64,000 nucleotides of DNA from Acidobacteriota bacterium (GTDB taxonomy: Bacteria; Acidobacteriota; Vicinamibacteria; Vicinamibacterales; 2-12-FULL-66-21): assembly GCA_046734955.1 (NCBI GenBank), contig JBKPSH010000025.1, forward strand, positions 1,135-65,134, in the 5' to 3' direction. The position numbers and the translations under genes were made by a program. This document shows positions 36,041 through 45,682 of the stretch, one piece after another (position 1 is the first letter of the stretch; every line of letters begins with the position of its first letter). Below the pieces are notes generated by a model. It was not told the DNA's origin. It saw only the letters and a program-made list of their open reading frames with translations, and ran no database searches.

Positions 36041-37279
36041 CTAAGACCTATACGCCTCGCGCCCGATCCCCTGTACCGGAATCTTCTGTGACTCGAGCAC
36101 CTGATGCAGCGCGTACATGCAGGCGGCGGCTTCGTCGATGTGACGGACAAAGGCGATCGAGCCCTGGAGGATCGGCTTGAGCCGCTCCTTGTCCTGAATG
36201 CGTGCCTTCGGATACTCGTGTTCGACGACGAGATGCGTGTTGGCGACGTCCAGCTTCAGGAGCTCACGCGCGGCAAGCTGGTGATCGAGCCAGTCGACCG
36301 TGCGGTTCTGCAGGTATGCGAGCGGATCGTGACGCGCGGTGCCAGGCAATTCGTGCTCGGCGAGCACGATCTGTTTCTTCCACGCATTCAACTGGTCTGC
36401 CGGATTGTCTGACGGCTTCCCGTTTTTCCAATCCCCGCGCTCCATCGTCTGTCCGCCGCCGCCCCAGCCAGACCATCCCTTTGCATCGACGACCTGCCCC
36501 TTCACATGGAAGCCACCGATCAGGAAGTTGTAACCGGTGTCCTTCAGATACTGGAAGATCGATCGGGTGTCCTGCCCCATCAGGATCGCGTGCGACGGGT
36601 CGTAGTGGATCCGGAACTGATCGCCAACGCCATGTTTGTCGCAAATGCGGTGCAGCGCGATCCACGCTCCCGGCGTGTAGGCAATGTTGTTGTGCCAGTT
36701 GTCCAGGGTCGTCCAGCCTGGCATCGGGCACTGCTCGACACGGTATGTCAGTCCCCGTGACTTCGCCTCTTTCAGCAGCGGAACGAACTGATCCTCGAAG
36801 TCGATGAGGTTTTGATCCATGCTGTGCTTCTGATTGCGGCCGACGAACCCGCAGACCGCGTCCACACCCAGCAGCACAGCTGCATCGAATGCGCGCAGCA
36901 TGAAGTCGTGCTTCTTCTTCCGGATCCCCGCATCGTCGTGCAGCATGTTGTCGAAGTAGCCGACCTCGGAGATCCCGACCTTCGCGGCGTCGAGTGCCGC
37001 GCGTACGCGCTTTGCGCGGTCGCGGTCGAACGGCTTGCGGAGATCGAGCGTATTCGCGACCGGATCGAGCATCGCTTCGGGCGGTACGTCGGTCTCGGTC
37101 GGATGCAATGCCGCTGACAGCTGGATGTAGCTCGCGCCCAGTTCCTTAGCAAACGCAACCCATTCCTCAATGGCTTTATCGGGATCCGGATCGCGTACCG
37201 CGCGCGGGGTCAATTCCTGGAGCGCCGCCGTGAGGACGCCCACTTTCATGAACTTCGGTTCGAACGCTTTTGTGCTCAT
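36041..37279 (-). CDS. Xylose-isomerase-like TIM-barrel protein, 412 aa, cytoplasmic, substrate unknown
   Basis: No leader peptide. TIM-barrel family features (HYDPSH, FHVKGQ). Paired with a Gfo/Idh/MocA gene 38 nt upstream. Confidence 0.6.
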   Translation of the reverse strand: MSTKAFEPKFMKVGVLTAALQELTPRAVRDPDPDKAIEEWVAFAKELGASYIQLSAALHPTETDVPPEAMLDPVANTLDLRKPFDRDRAKRVRAALDAAKVGISEVGYFDNMLHDDAGIRKKKHDFMLRAFDAAVLLGVDAVCGFVGRNQKHSMDQNLIDFEDQFVPLLKEAKSRGLTYRVEQCPMPGWTTLDNWHNNIAYTPGAWIALHRICDKHGVGDQFRIHYDPSHAILMGQDTRSIFQYLKDTGYNFLIGGFHVKGQVVDAKGWSGWGGGGQTMERGDWKNGKPSDNPADQLNAWKKQIVLAEHELPGTARHDPLAYLQNRTVDWLDHQLAARELLKLDVANTHLVVEHEYPKARIQDKERLKPILQGSIAFVRHIDEAAACMYALHQVLESQKIPVQGIGREAYRS

Positions 37280-37317
37280 AGGTCGTTGTCCGCTTTAATC
37301 ACCGCGCGTGGGGCTAA

Positions 37318-38481
37318 TCAATAGTCGACTTTGGTCCACTTACTGCCGTCCGTCGCACTCCGAAGAATGGCCTCGACAATACAATTGGCGCGATAGCCGT
37401 CTTCGAACGTCGCAAATGCGGGTGGATGCGGGTCGCTCGGCTTTTTGCCTTCGGCGATGAAGCCGTAAATGTCACGCATCAGGTTCGCGAATGCATCGGC
37501 CCACGCTTCCTGGTGGCCACCAGGCAGGTGGGCGTACTTGCCGGCCACCGGATCGATGAGCGAGGGATCCTTCTGCAGGATTTCGTTCGGTCTCTCTCGA
37601 TGGCCAATGAGCAATTCATTCTGATGCTCCTGGCGCCACTTGAGCGAGGCCTTCGATCCGCAGATTTCGATTTCCAGATCGTTCTTGTGACCGGCGCAGA
37701 CCTGACCAACCGAGAAGCTTCCCTTCGCGCCGTTGTCGAATCGAACGAGGACCGACGCCAGGTCTTCGACCTTGATGTCCACTTCCTCGACTTTCTGGTT
37801 CGCGTCCGCTGCGGCAAAGGCCTCACGGGATCCGAGCGGCCGCTTACGCTTTGGAATCACGGTCGTGATGTCGCCGAGGACGTGAGTAATCCGTAAGCCG
37901 CTCATATGCTGCGCGAGATCGCACCAGTGTGATCCGATGTCGCCCAACGCCGACGACGCGCCGCCTTTGTCAGGCTCCAGGCGCCACGAATAGTCCGTGT
38001 CTTTGAGGAGCCAGTCCTGAAGATACGTGCCGACGAGAAAGTACGGCTTGCCGATGTCGCCCCGCGCAATCATGTGCCGCGCCTGCTGGACGAGCGGATT
38101 GCCGCGATAGTTGAATGTCACCGCGTGAACGATGCCCGCCTTGGTCGCCTGATCGAGGAGCTTCCTGGCTTCGGCTGCCGTCATCGCGAGCGGCTTGTCC
38201 GAGACAACGTGCTTGCCTTGTGCGATCGCCGCCGCGTTCACCGGGTAGTGAAGATAGTTCGGTGTGGCATTGTGAACGACCTGAATGTCCGGATCGTTCA
38301 ACAGCGCTTCATAGCCGGCGTATGCTTTACGCGCGCCGACGGCCTCTGCCTTTTTTTCCGCTGACGCCTGGCTGCTGCCCGCGACCGCGACGATGTCTAC
38401 GTAGCCGAGACGCCGCACGGCGTCGACATGATGCGGGCCGACAAAACCCGCACCGACAATCCCCATTCCGATCCGTTTCAC
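37318..38481 (-). CDS. Gfo/Idh/MocA-family oxidoreductase (cytoplasmic)
   Basis: The GTG at 38481 (GGAGGG upstream) gives (M)KRIGMGIVGAGFVGPHH. GKHVVSDKPLA motif. Confidence 0.8.
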   Translation of the reverse strand: MKRIGMGIVGAGFVGPHHVDAVRRLGYVDIVAVAGSSQASAEKKAEAVGARKAYAGYEALLNDPDIQVVHNATPNYLHYPVNAAAIAQGKHVVSDKPLAMTAAEARKLLDQATKAGIVHAVTFNYRGNPLVQQARHMIARGDIGKPYFLVGTYLQDWLLKDTDYSWRLEPDKGGASSALGDIGSHWCDLAQHMSGLRITHVLGDITTVIPKRKRPLGSREAFAAADANQKVEEVDIKVEDLASVLVRFDNGAKGSFSVGQVCAGHKNDLEIEICGSKASLKWRQEHQNELLIGHRERPNEILQKDPSLIDPVAGKYAHLPGGHQEAWADAFANLMRDIYGFIAEGKKPSDPHPPAFATFEDGYRANCIVEAILRSATDGSKWTKVDY

Positions 38482-38535
38482 GTTGCGCCCTCCGCGGAAG
38501 AAAGAGAACGGAGAAGCATACTCTGGACATTTAAC

Positions 38536-38580
38536 GGGTGCCAAGGGTGCCAGGGGTGTCAGGGGTGCCAGTGGGGCCAG
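38536..38580 (+). repeat. Tandem 9-10-bp GGGTGCCAG repeat, G-quadruplex-type motif
   Basis: GGGtgccaaGGGtgccaGGGGtgtcaGGGGtgccagtGGGGccag. Five G-runs of 3 or more, separated by loops of 6, 5, 5 and 7 nt, in the divergent Gfo/xylA control region. Confidence 0.8.
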
Positions 38581-38606
38581 CGCACCCGTGATAACCTCCC
38601 AAGGCT

Positions 38607-39764
38607 ATGCCTGATTACTCTCCGCGCCCTGAGCACAAGTTCTCGTTTGGCCTCTGGACCGTCAGCAACCGCGGACGCGATCCATTTGGTGAAGCCGTAC
38701 GTCCAACGCTGTCCCCCGTTGATGCGGCGGCCATGCTCGGCGATGTCGGAGCGTGGGGCGTCAATCTTCACGACAACGATCTCGTTCCCATCGACGCCAC
38801 TCCCGACGAGCGCGATCGGATCGTGGCGGAATTCCAGCGTGCGTGTAAGGAGCACGGGCTCGTCGTGCCGATGGCGACGGTCAACTTGTTTTATGACCCC
38901 GTTTTCAGGGATGGAGCGTTCACGGCAAATGACCCGCGGGTGCGCGCGTATGCCGTGCAGAAAACCATGCGCGCGATGGATCTCGGCGCAGAGCTCGGCG
39001 CGAAGATCTTCGTGTTGTGGGGTGGACGCGAAGGCACGGAAACGGATGCGTGCCGTCGGCCGGATGAAGCGGTCAAGCGGCTGCGCGAAGCGATCGACTA
39101 TTTGTGCGAATACTCGATCGACAAGAAATACGGATTCCGGTTCGCGCTCGAGGCCAAACCCAACGAACCGCGCGGCGACATTTACATGGCGACGACCGGT
39201 AACTATCTCGGTCTGATTCCAACCCTGGCGCACCCGGAACTGGTCGGCGTCAATCCGGAGGTGGCGCACGAGACGATGGCTGGGCTTAATTTTCTTCATG
39301 CGGTCGCGCAGGCGTGGGAGGCGGGCAAGCTGTTTCACATTGACCTGAACGATCAGGCGCCGGGCCGGTACGATCAGGATTTCCGTTTTGGTGCCGCCAA
39401 TATCAAGGCGTGTTTCTGGCTGGTGAAATTTCTCGAGGACGTGAAATACGACGGGCCCCGGCACTTCGATGCCCACGCATATCGCACGGAAGACTACGAA
39501 GGCGTGAAGGATTTCGCGCGCGGCTGCATGCGCACTTACCTCATCCTCAAGGACCGCGCCGAACGGTGGAACGCGGACAAGGAGATCCAGGCGCTCGTCA
39601 AGGAGACGACCAGCGGCACAGCACCGTCGCTGGCCAAGTACTCCGCGTCAGGACGCGATACGTTGCTTGGCGCGAGCCTCGATCGCGCGGCGCTCGCGGC
39701 TAAAGGGCTCAATTACGAGAAACTCGATCAGCTGACGATGGAAGTTTTGCTGGGGGTTCGCTGA
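38607..39764 (+). CDS. xylA: Xylose isomerase, class I (actinobacterial type)
   Basis: 385 aa. Begins [19 protein letters not shown]. Motifs NLHDNDLVP and [15 protein letters not shown]. Confidence 0.9.
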   Translation: MPDYSPRPEHKFSFGLWTVSNRGRDPFGEAVRPTLSPVDAAAMLGDVGAWGVNLHDNDLVPIDATPDERDRIVAEFQRACKEHGLVVPMATVNLFYDPVFRDGAFTANDPRVRAYAVQKTMRAMDLGAELGAKIFVLWGGREGTETDACRRPDEAVKRLREAIDYLCEYSIDKKYGFRFALEAKPNEPRGDIYMATTGNYLGLIPTLAHPELVGVNPEVAHETMAGLNFLHAVAQAWEAGKLFHIDLNDQAPGRYDQDFRFGAANIKACFWLVKFLEDVKYDGPRHFDAHAYRTEDYEGVKDFARGCMRTYLILKDRAERWNADKEIQALVKETTSGTAPSLAKYSASGRDTLLGASLDRAALAAKGLNYEKLDQLTMEVLLGVR

Positions 39765-39770
39765 GATGAG

Positions 39771-39792
39771 GGCGCGGTCTTTAGACCGCGCC
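39771..39792. terminator. Hairpin ggcgcggtc-ttta-gaccgcgcc between convergent xylA and xylB
   Basis: 9-bp perfect stem. Its right arm overlaps the last codons and the stop of xylB. Confidence 0.5.
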
Positions 39793-41421
39793 AAATTCGG
39801 CGAGCCGCGGCGAGGGATCAGCGCCCTTCCCCAATGCGTGAGCTTCGCACGCGGCGTAGACTTCTATTAAATCCTCGTAGGTCGCGTGTCGCGCGGCATC
39901 TGGCGACAGCTTGCTGTCGGCGAGTGGTTCGACGAAGCCCTTCACGATTTCTTCCCAGGACGCGCTGCGTCCGTCTGAGGAAATCGCGCCACGTCCGTCT
40001 GAGGCCGTCGCGCCGTGGAATGCCTGGAGCGCAGCGCCGAGCGCCGCTGAATTCCCAACCTGCAACTGATACACAACCGCGCCGAACACATCGGCCATCA
40101 CCTGCAGGATGTCTCTGTTCGCGGCAGCGCCGCCTGTCGCGTGAATGGAATCGACTGTGACGTTCATCCATCGCGAGTGCAGCGCCATCGCCAGCTGCTG
40201 CGCCTCGACGACCGCGCGGACATTGCCGTCGGCGTCGCCCGGATCAAGACCGTAGTACCGCGCACCGGGCGTCAGCACCGTTGGCGTAATCTCCGGCTCG
40301 AACCACGGCAGCAGGATGCGGCCGCCGTTTCCCGGTGGCGTGCGACGCAGTGCCTCGCCAAACGTGGACCAGGTCAAGTGAAACTTGTCGCGGATACGCT
40401 CGCGCGCGAGCGATCCATTCTTGAAGCACGTCAAGCCCATGTAATCGCCGGTCGGCGCACCGAACACGTGACCGGTGCCCGAGCGATCGACGCGCGGCTC
40501 GCGCATCAATCCGAAAACCGTGTCGCTGGTGCCAAGCGAAATCGCGAGCCGTCCTTCGCGAACCAGCCCAACGCCGACGAGGCTGCATGGGTTGTCCCCA
40601 GACCACGTCACCACCTTCGCAGCGGGAAGCCCGAAGCGTAATTGCCAGTATGACGATAGGGTCCCGATCGACGAGGAGGCGCGGGCGATCGGAGGGAGCT
40701 TCGACGCGAGATTGGGAGCCGTCGAATCCACCACCGGCTGCCACCACTGGCAGGACGCCAGATCCATCAGGTTCATCCCGGAACCGTCCCCTGGATCGAG
40801 CGGCGCATGCCGGCCGATCAACAGCGACGCGAGAAACGAGCTGACCAGGTGGATGCGGTCGGTCGAAGCATAGAGCCCAGACTCGCGTTTCGAGAACTTC
40901 CGGATCTGCGCCGCCGTGAATCGTTCGAACGCGCGCGACCCGGTGCGCTCTGCAAGCGCGCGATCGCCACCGACGGCTTTCTCAATCTCCGCGCACTCCG
41001 CCGACGTGCTCGAATCCATCCAGATCGGCGACACGTCGCGCGAGAGTAGCGGTTTCACCTGTTCCGCGAGTGAGTGGCCCGGATCGAAATTCGCGAGCCC
41101 AGTGGTCGCGCGATCGTTCAGATACACGCTCCCGTGCTGCTGGGCCGACCCGGAGATCGCTGCGACGTCACGGAGGTTAAGGCCACTCTGCTGCAGCCTC
41201 CGCATCATCAGTTCGAGCGCCTCGACCCACAGCAACGGCGGCGAGGTCGCCGTCGTCGGATCGTCACTCGGCAACACACCGTGCCGAGTGCCGTAGTGCG
41301 GAAACGTTTCGTCAAAGGCGATCGACGACTCGAAGGCGACGCGCCTGCGTTCGCCGTTCACTTCGAGGACGATAGCCGAGAGACTCTGCGTACTGGAGTC
41401 GAGACCCAAATAGAGTGACAT
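39781..41421 (-). CDS. xylB: Xylulokinase, long eukaryote-like FGGY form
   Basis: 546 aa. Motifs: SGSAQQHGSVYL, PIWMDSSTSAECAEIEKAVGG, TGSRAFERFT, DGSGMNLMDL, CFKNGSLARERIRD, ATGGAAANRDILQVMADVFG. These match the animal/fungal XYLB/XKS1 pattern as I remember it. Confidence 0.8.
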   Translation of the reverse strand: MSLYLGLDSSTQSLSAIVLEVNGERRRVAFESSIAFDETFPHYGTRHGVLPSDDPTTATSPPLLWVEALELMMRRLQQSGLNLRDVAAISGSAQQHGSVYLNDRATTGLANFDPGHSLAEQVKPLLSRDVSPIWMDSSTSAECAEIEKAVGGDRALAERTGSRAFERFTAAQIRKFSKRESGLYASTDRIHLVSSFLASLLIGRHAPLDPGDGSGMNLMDLASCQWWQPVVDSTAPNLASKLPPIARASSSIGTLSSYWQLRFGLPAAKVVTWSGDNPCSLVGVGLVREGRLAISLGTSDTVFGLMREPRVDRSGTGHVFGAPTGDYMGLTCFKNGSLARERIRDKFHLTWSTFGEALRRTPPGNGGRILLPWFEPEITPTVLTPGARYYGLDPGDADGNVRAVVEAQQLAMALHSRWMNVTVDSIHATGGAAANRDILQVMADVFGAVVYQLQVGNSAALGAALQAFHGATASDGRGAISSDGRSASWEEIVKGFVEPLADSKLSPDAARHATYEDLIEVYAACEAHALGKGADPSPRLAEFGAV

Positions 41422-41477
41422 GCGTCGAGTTTAGCCGATGCTGCGTCCGGTACTGGAAGCGCCTGCGGCCCGAGCGA

Positions 41478-41624
41478 GGCGCCGGCTTGCCAGCCGGAGC
41501 GCCGGGCCCGCCTTCGCCGTCGGCTACGGCGGGCAACCTTCGCAACGACGGTGGCGCGAAGGTTGGAGGGAAGCGCGCGTAGCGCGCCGCCGGGCGAGAG
41601 CGCGTGGGGGTGAACCCCACGCGC
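41478..41624. repeat. Array of five consecutive GC-rich stem-loops in the dedA-xylB spacer
   Basis: Five stem-loops: ggcgccggct..agccggagcgcc; gcccgcc..ggcgggc; caaccttcgc-12nt-gcgaaggttg (perfect 10 bp); gcgcgc-gta-gcgcgc; gcgcgtgggg-gtgaa-ccccacgcgc (perfect 10 bp, 41600-41624). Confidence 0.7.
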
Positions 41625-41676
41625 CGTGAGCAATGCAGACTACGTGCGAAAGTGAAGGCTCAGAATTCACCGCTGA

Positions 41677-42303
41677 TTATGTCTTACGCGTAGTCAGCCA
41701 CAGCTTTCCCGCGAGCATCGCCAGCCCGGGTAATGCAAGCGCAGCGGCAAAGGTGAGCAGAAAGGATTGCACTTCCATCGAGAATGCGCCGACCGCGGCA
41801 TAGGCGAGAGCAATGCCAAGGTTCGACAATGTCGTCATCCAGATGAACGGCTGAACCGGCGAGCGGGCAAGGCCGGCGAAGACGACGCTGGACTCGGCGA
41901 GCACCGGAATCGGTCGGCAGACGACGAGCGCCCAGTTGCCATGCCGCTCCATGATCGAGTTGGCTCGCGCCAATCCGTCCGGACCGACAAGCTTGCGTGC
42001 CGCGGCGGACGCCTTGGCACCGAACGCGTAACCAATCGCGCAACCAAGGGTCATGCCGATCCAGATCACGGCTGCGCCGCGCCAGAATCCAAGCAGCACA
42101 CCGGCGCCAGTGGAAACGATGCTCGATGGAACCGGGAGGAACACGTCGAGTGCCAACAACGCGGCGATGATCGATGCAGAGGTCCAGCCGGACGCGTGTC
42201 CTTCGGCGAGCCACGTGCCGAGCGCTTCGAACTGCTTTTCGAAAATGATGAACGGGATGATGATCAACGCGAACATCAACCCGATCAGGACTACCCAACG
42301 CAC
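41677..42303 (-). CDS. DedA / TVP38-TMEM64 (VTT domain) membrane protein
   Basis: 208-aa polytopic protein with LALDVFLPVPSSIV. Its GTG start lies 6 nt after the rhaA stop. Confidence 0.65.
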   Translation of the reverse strand: MRWVVLIGLMFALIIIPFIIFEKQFEALGTWLAEGHASGWTSASIIAALLALDVFLPVPSSIVSTGAGVLLGFWRGAAVIWIGMTLGCAIGYAFGAKASAAARKLVGPDGLARANSIMERHGNWALVVCRPIPVLAESSVVFAGLARSPVQPFIWMTTLSNLGIALAYAAVGAFSMEVQSFLLTFAAALALPGLAMLAGKLWLTTRKT

Positions 42304-42309
42304 GGCGAA

Positions 42310-43572
42310 CTACTGTCGTGCCGACAGCACGCTTTTTTCGTACTGCTTGACGACATCCATCCACGCACCACGCGAAGGGAGGCTCGCCGTCGCACAGTGA
42401 AAGTCCCACACCGCACCCCATGGCAGTCCCTTGAATTCCTCCTGCAGCGCCAGCCGCGTCGTGTAATCGGCGGCTGATTCGTGTTGACGGAGAATGGCCG
42501 TCGGCTCGACGAGGGCTCGGAGCAGCGCCTTGAGCATGTTTCGCGTTCCAATCACCCACGCGGCGACGCGATTGATGCTGGCATCGAAGTAGTCCAGTCC
42601 AATGTGCGTGCGGCCCAGGAAATTGCCTCGAACCAGCTCCTGCGCAATCGCCTCGAGATCATCGTTGAGGACGACGACGTGATCGCTGTCCCAGCGCACG
42701 CCGCGGCTGACGTGCAGCAGGATTTCCGGCAGGTACATGAACACCGCGCTGATCTTGTCGGTGATCGTCTCGGTCGGATGATAGTGGCCGGTGTCGAGAG
42801 TGTAGAGCACACGCCGCGTCAACGCGTAGCCGAAATAGAACTCATGCGAGCCAACCGTGTAGCTCTCGAACCCGATGCCGAACAGCTTGCCTTCGACCGC
42901 GTCAAGATTGTGCGCGCGATCGAGTGGGTTTTTGAAAACCTCGTCAAGTGACGCGGTCAATCGCTCGCGCGGTCCGAGGCGATCGACAGGAGTGTCCTTC
43001 ATGCCGTCAGGAATCCAGAGATTCGTCACGCACGGCGTGCCGAGCGCCTTGCCGATCGCGGCGCCAATGGTGCGACACGCGATTCCATGACGGATCCAGA
43101 ACTCACGGGTGCTCTTGTCGGGATGCGCGAGGGTGAAGCTGGTTGCGAGCGGATGCGCAAAAAACGTGGGATTGAAATCGAGGCCGATGCCGAGCCCCTT
43201 CGCCCAATCGATCCATCGGCTGAAATGCTCCGGACCGATCGCGTCGCGCGCAACGCTTCGGCCGCCGAAGTCGCCGTATGAGGCGTGCAGGTTGAAACGG
43301 TGCTTGCCGGGAATGAGCGACAGCGCCTTCGCCGCGTCCTGCCGGAGTTCGTCGGCTGTCCGCGCTTTGCCCGGATAGTTCCCCGTCGCGGCAAGACCGC
43401 CGCCGATCTCCGTCGCCGCCGACTCGAACCCACCCACATCGTCTCCCTGCCAGCAGTGGATGGAGATCGGAACCGTCGCCAGCGTTTTCAACGCGGCGTC
43501 GGTGTTGACTCCAAGGTCCGCGTACTGCTGCTTCGCGAGGTCGTAGGCCGTTTGAATCTGCTTGTCCGTCAT
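42310..43572 (-). CDS. rhaA: L-rhamnose isomerase
   Basis: 420 aa, colinear with enterobacterial RhaA as I remember it ([52 protein letters not shown]). Confidence 0.9.
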   Translation of the reverse strand: MTDKQIQTAYDLAKQQYADLGVNTDAALKTLATVPISIHCWQGDDVGGFESAATEIGGGLAATGNYPGKARTADELRQDAAKALSLIPGKHRFNLHASYGDFGGRSVARDAIGPEHFSRWIDWAKGLGIGLDFNPTFFAHPLATSFTLAHPDKSTREFWIRHGIACRTIGAAIGKALGTPCVTNLWIPDGMKDTPVDRLGPRERLTASLDEVFKNPLDRAHNLDAVEGKLFGIGFESYTVGSHEFYFGYALTRRVLYTLDTGHYHPTETITDKISAVFMYLPEILLHVSRGVRWDSDHVVVLNDDLEAIAQELVRGNFLGRTHIGLDYFDASINRVAAWVIGTRNMLKALLRALVEPTAILRQHESAADYTTRLALQEEFKGLPWGAVWDFHCATASLPSRGAWMDVVKQYEKSVLSARQ

Positions 43573-43591
43573 CTGCGCCTTTCACTTTCTA

Positions 43592-43612
43592 AAAAGGTGG
43601 CTGGCACCTTTT
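43592..43612 (-). terminator. Weak hairpin AAAAGGTG-CCAGC-CACCTTTT followed by T, between the transporter genes and rhaA
   Basis: 8-bp A/T-rich stem. The U-run is partly inside the stem. AAAGGTG words are repeated upstream. Confidence 0.3.
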
Positions 43613-43645
43613 GTCACCTTTCCTTCGCCTCGCACCGGGCAGGCG

Positions 43646-45682
43646 TTAGAAATCAAAGCGATCGATGTTCGTCTTGGTAAACATCACCGGAGCGCCAAGA
43701 ATGATCTCGGTGCCGCGGATCTGAATGGTCCCGAGGCGCCCCGCCTCAAATGATGTCGTGCTGGACGATATCTTGTTCTGCGTGAGGAGCGAACCGGCAA
43801 CGACAGTGAGGTAGCCGAGATCTTTCGTATTCCAAAGCACCACTGTCTGCACCCACCCATCGTGCACGTACGGCTTGTTCATGTTCGGCAGCGACAAGCC
43901 AATGACGTTGACGTCATGGCGATTTGCCTGACGCACGGCCTCGGCTGAACCGGGGACCGCCGGCGCCGAGATGGCCATGACGAGTTTCACGTGCGGATAG
44001 ACACGCATGATCGTCTGCGTCTCGGCAAACGCTTTGTCGCGGTCGTCGTCACTCGGACGAATCGTCGCGAGTGTCAGGTCCGGATACTTCTCCGCCAACC
44101 GCTTCTTGATAAACGCGATCCATTCGTTCTGATTCGCCGCGCTCAGCGCGCCGGTTATGATCGCAAACTCTCCTTTGCCACCAAGCAGCCGCGCCGCTTC
44201 GTCGGTGAGCGTATTGGCGATACCTTCAGACGTCGCCTGGTTGACGAAGAAGTCGCGCGCATCCGGTTCCGCATCCGCATCCCACGTCAGCACTCTAATC
44301 CCGCGCTCTCGCGCCTTCCTCAGGACGCTCGAGATACCGCCCCGGTTTTCGACCGCAACCGCAATGACCTCGACTTTCCGGGTGATCCAGTTCTCAACCA
44401 GTTCGTTCTGCCGCGCCGCATCCAGACTCGTCGGGCCATCCCAAATCAGTTCCACACCCAGCTCACGCGCCGCTTCCTCCGCCCCAACGCGACAGCTGAC
44501 AAAATAGGGATCCCCTTTGGCCTTGGGCATCATCGCAATCACCGCCCGCTTGCCCGCACCCGCTCCTGTGCCGGCCGCGGTGTCGGCCACCGGACCTCTC
44601 GATCCGAGCGATCGCACGAGCCACACGTTGGTCCCGGCGACGATGAGCGAGCCCGCCACGATCGCGCTACACAGGATCGCTACCTGGCTGTTCTTCACCT
44701 CAATCTCCTCCTCACCCTGAGCGTCCACGATCGCTGGCAGCCCACGAAGCCGATCGATGGCGATCGTCGCGACGAGCAGTGTACCCGTCAATACGCCGGT
44801 CAATTCCGATGGCAGAGCAGCCAGGTGCAGGCCGTTGCGCAGCACGGATAATGCCGCGAGGCCCAGCACCGTCCCCCAGACCGTTCCGCGTCCACCGAAC
44901 ACCGAGGTGCCGCCGAGTACAACTGCCGTAATCGCATCAAGCTCGTAACCGGACCCCGCATCCGATTTCGCCTGGCCGAGATGTGCGACGTAAATGATCG
45001 CGGCGACCGCCGAGACGAGTCCCGACAGGAAGTAAAGCGTGGCAACGCGTCGCTCGACCGGCAGCCCCGCGTAGCGCGCACCCGGCGCACCGAAGCCGAT
45101 GACATACCACGCACGCCCCACGACGGAACGATGAAGCAGGACGGCGTAGATCGCCAGGATCGGGATGAACAATAAGAGTTGTGTCGGAACGATGCCCCCG
45201 AGATAGCCCTGACCCAGCGCCAGAAACCGTGGTGGAAAGTCGGTGTAGTTCACCGCGCCGCGCGTCAGTCCCTCGGCGATTCCTCGGAACAGCGAGAACG
45301 TTCCAAGCGTGACAATGAGGGGCGGGATATTGAAATACGCGATCAGGATGGCATTCAACGCTCCGCCGGTGCATCCAGCGAGCAGGGCAACCACCGCTGC
45401 GGCGGCGATCGGCAGTCCCCACTCATGGTAAGCAGCACCAAATAGTACCGTCGCCAGTCCCATCATCGATCCGACAGAGAGATCGATTCCGCCACTCACG
45501 ATCACCGGCGTCAACGCAATCGCGAGAAGACCAAGCTCGACGCTGAGCCGAAGGACTTCGAAAAAGTTTTCAAGCGTGAAGAAGTTGTGCGCGATGGCGG
45601 AAAAGAGCGCGATCTCGGCGACAAGCGCCAGGAGCAGGATCCATTCGCCGCTCGACAGCGATCGCCGCGCGACGACAGGCAT
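43646..45682 (-). CDS. Rhamnose-type ABC transporter permease fused in frame to the substrate-binding protein
   Basis: A single uninterrupted ORF. The N-terminal part (about 330 aa) is a CUT2 permease; its ATG at 45682 shares 1 nt with the upstream stop. Then come a linker (...DRLRGLPAIVDAQGEEEIEV), a hydrophobic segment (KNSQVAILCSAIVAGSLIVAGTNVW) and about 330 aa of sugar-binding fold. An internal GTG at 44698 with GAGGAGGAG 6 nt upstream could also start a separate binding protein. Confidence 0.75.
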   Translation of the reverse strand: MPVVARRSLSSGEWILLLALVAEIALFSAIAHNFFTLENFFEVLRLSVELGLLAIALTPVIVSGGIDLSVGSMMGLATVLFGAAYHEWGLPIAAAAVVALLAGCTGGALNAILIAYFNIPPLIVTLGTFSLFRGIAEGLTRGAVNYTDFPPRFLALGQGYLGGIVPTQLLLFIPILAIYAVLLHRSVVGRAWYVIGFGAPGARYAGLPVERRVATLYFLSGLVSAVAAIIYVAHLGQAKSDAGSGYELDAITAVVLGGTSVFGGRGTVWGTVLGLAALSVLRNGLHLAALPSELTGVLTGTLLVATIAIDRLRGLPAIVDAQGEEEIEVKNSQVAILCSAIVAGSLIVAGTNVWLVRSLGSRGPVADTAAGTGAGAGKRAVIAMMPKAKGDPYFVSCRVGAEEAARELGVELIWDGPTSLDAARQNELVENWITRKVEVIAVAVENRGGISSVLRKARERGIRVLTWDADAEPDARDFFVNQATSEGIANTLTDEAARLLGGKGEFAIITGALSAANQNEWIAFIKKRLAEKYPDLTLATIRPSDDDRDKAFAETQTIMRVYPHVKLVMAISAPAVPGSAEAVRQANRHDVNVIGLSLPNMNKPYVHDGWVQTVVLWNTKDLGYLTVVAGSLLTQNKISSSTTSFEAGRLGTIQIRGTEIILGAPVMFTKTNIDRFDF

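Noticed and set aside
38559-39476. 305-aa minus-strand ORF across xylA
   Set aside because: xylA on the plus strand is unambiguous, and the antisense product has no recognisable domain.
41422-41676. Possible tRNA or other housekeeping RNA in the 255-bp spacer
   Set aside because: There is no cloverleaf and no GTTCRANNC T-loop with a 7-nt loop; the GGGGTTCACCCC-like hairpin has a 5-nt loop and a 10-bp stem. I saw no SRP, 6S, tmRNA or RNase P signatures. I kept it only as an unexplained structured region.
41684-42559. 291-aa minus-strand ORF overlapping dedA and the end of rhaA in another frame
   Set aside because: The sequence is Arg/Gly/Asp-rich. The alternative frames give a clean polytopic DedA protein and the conserved RhaA C-terminus.
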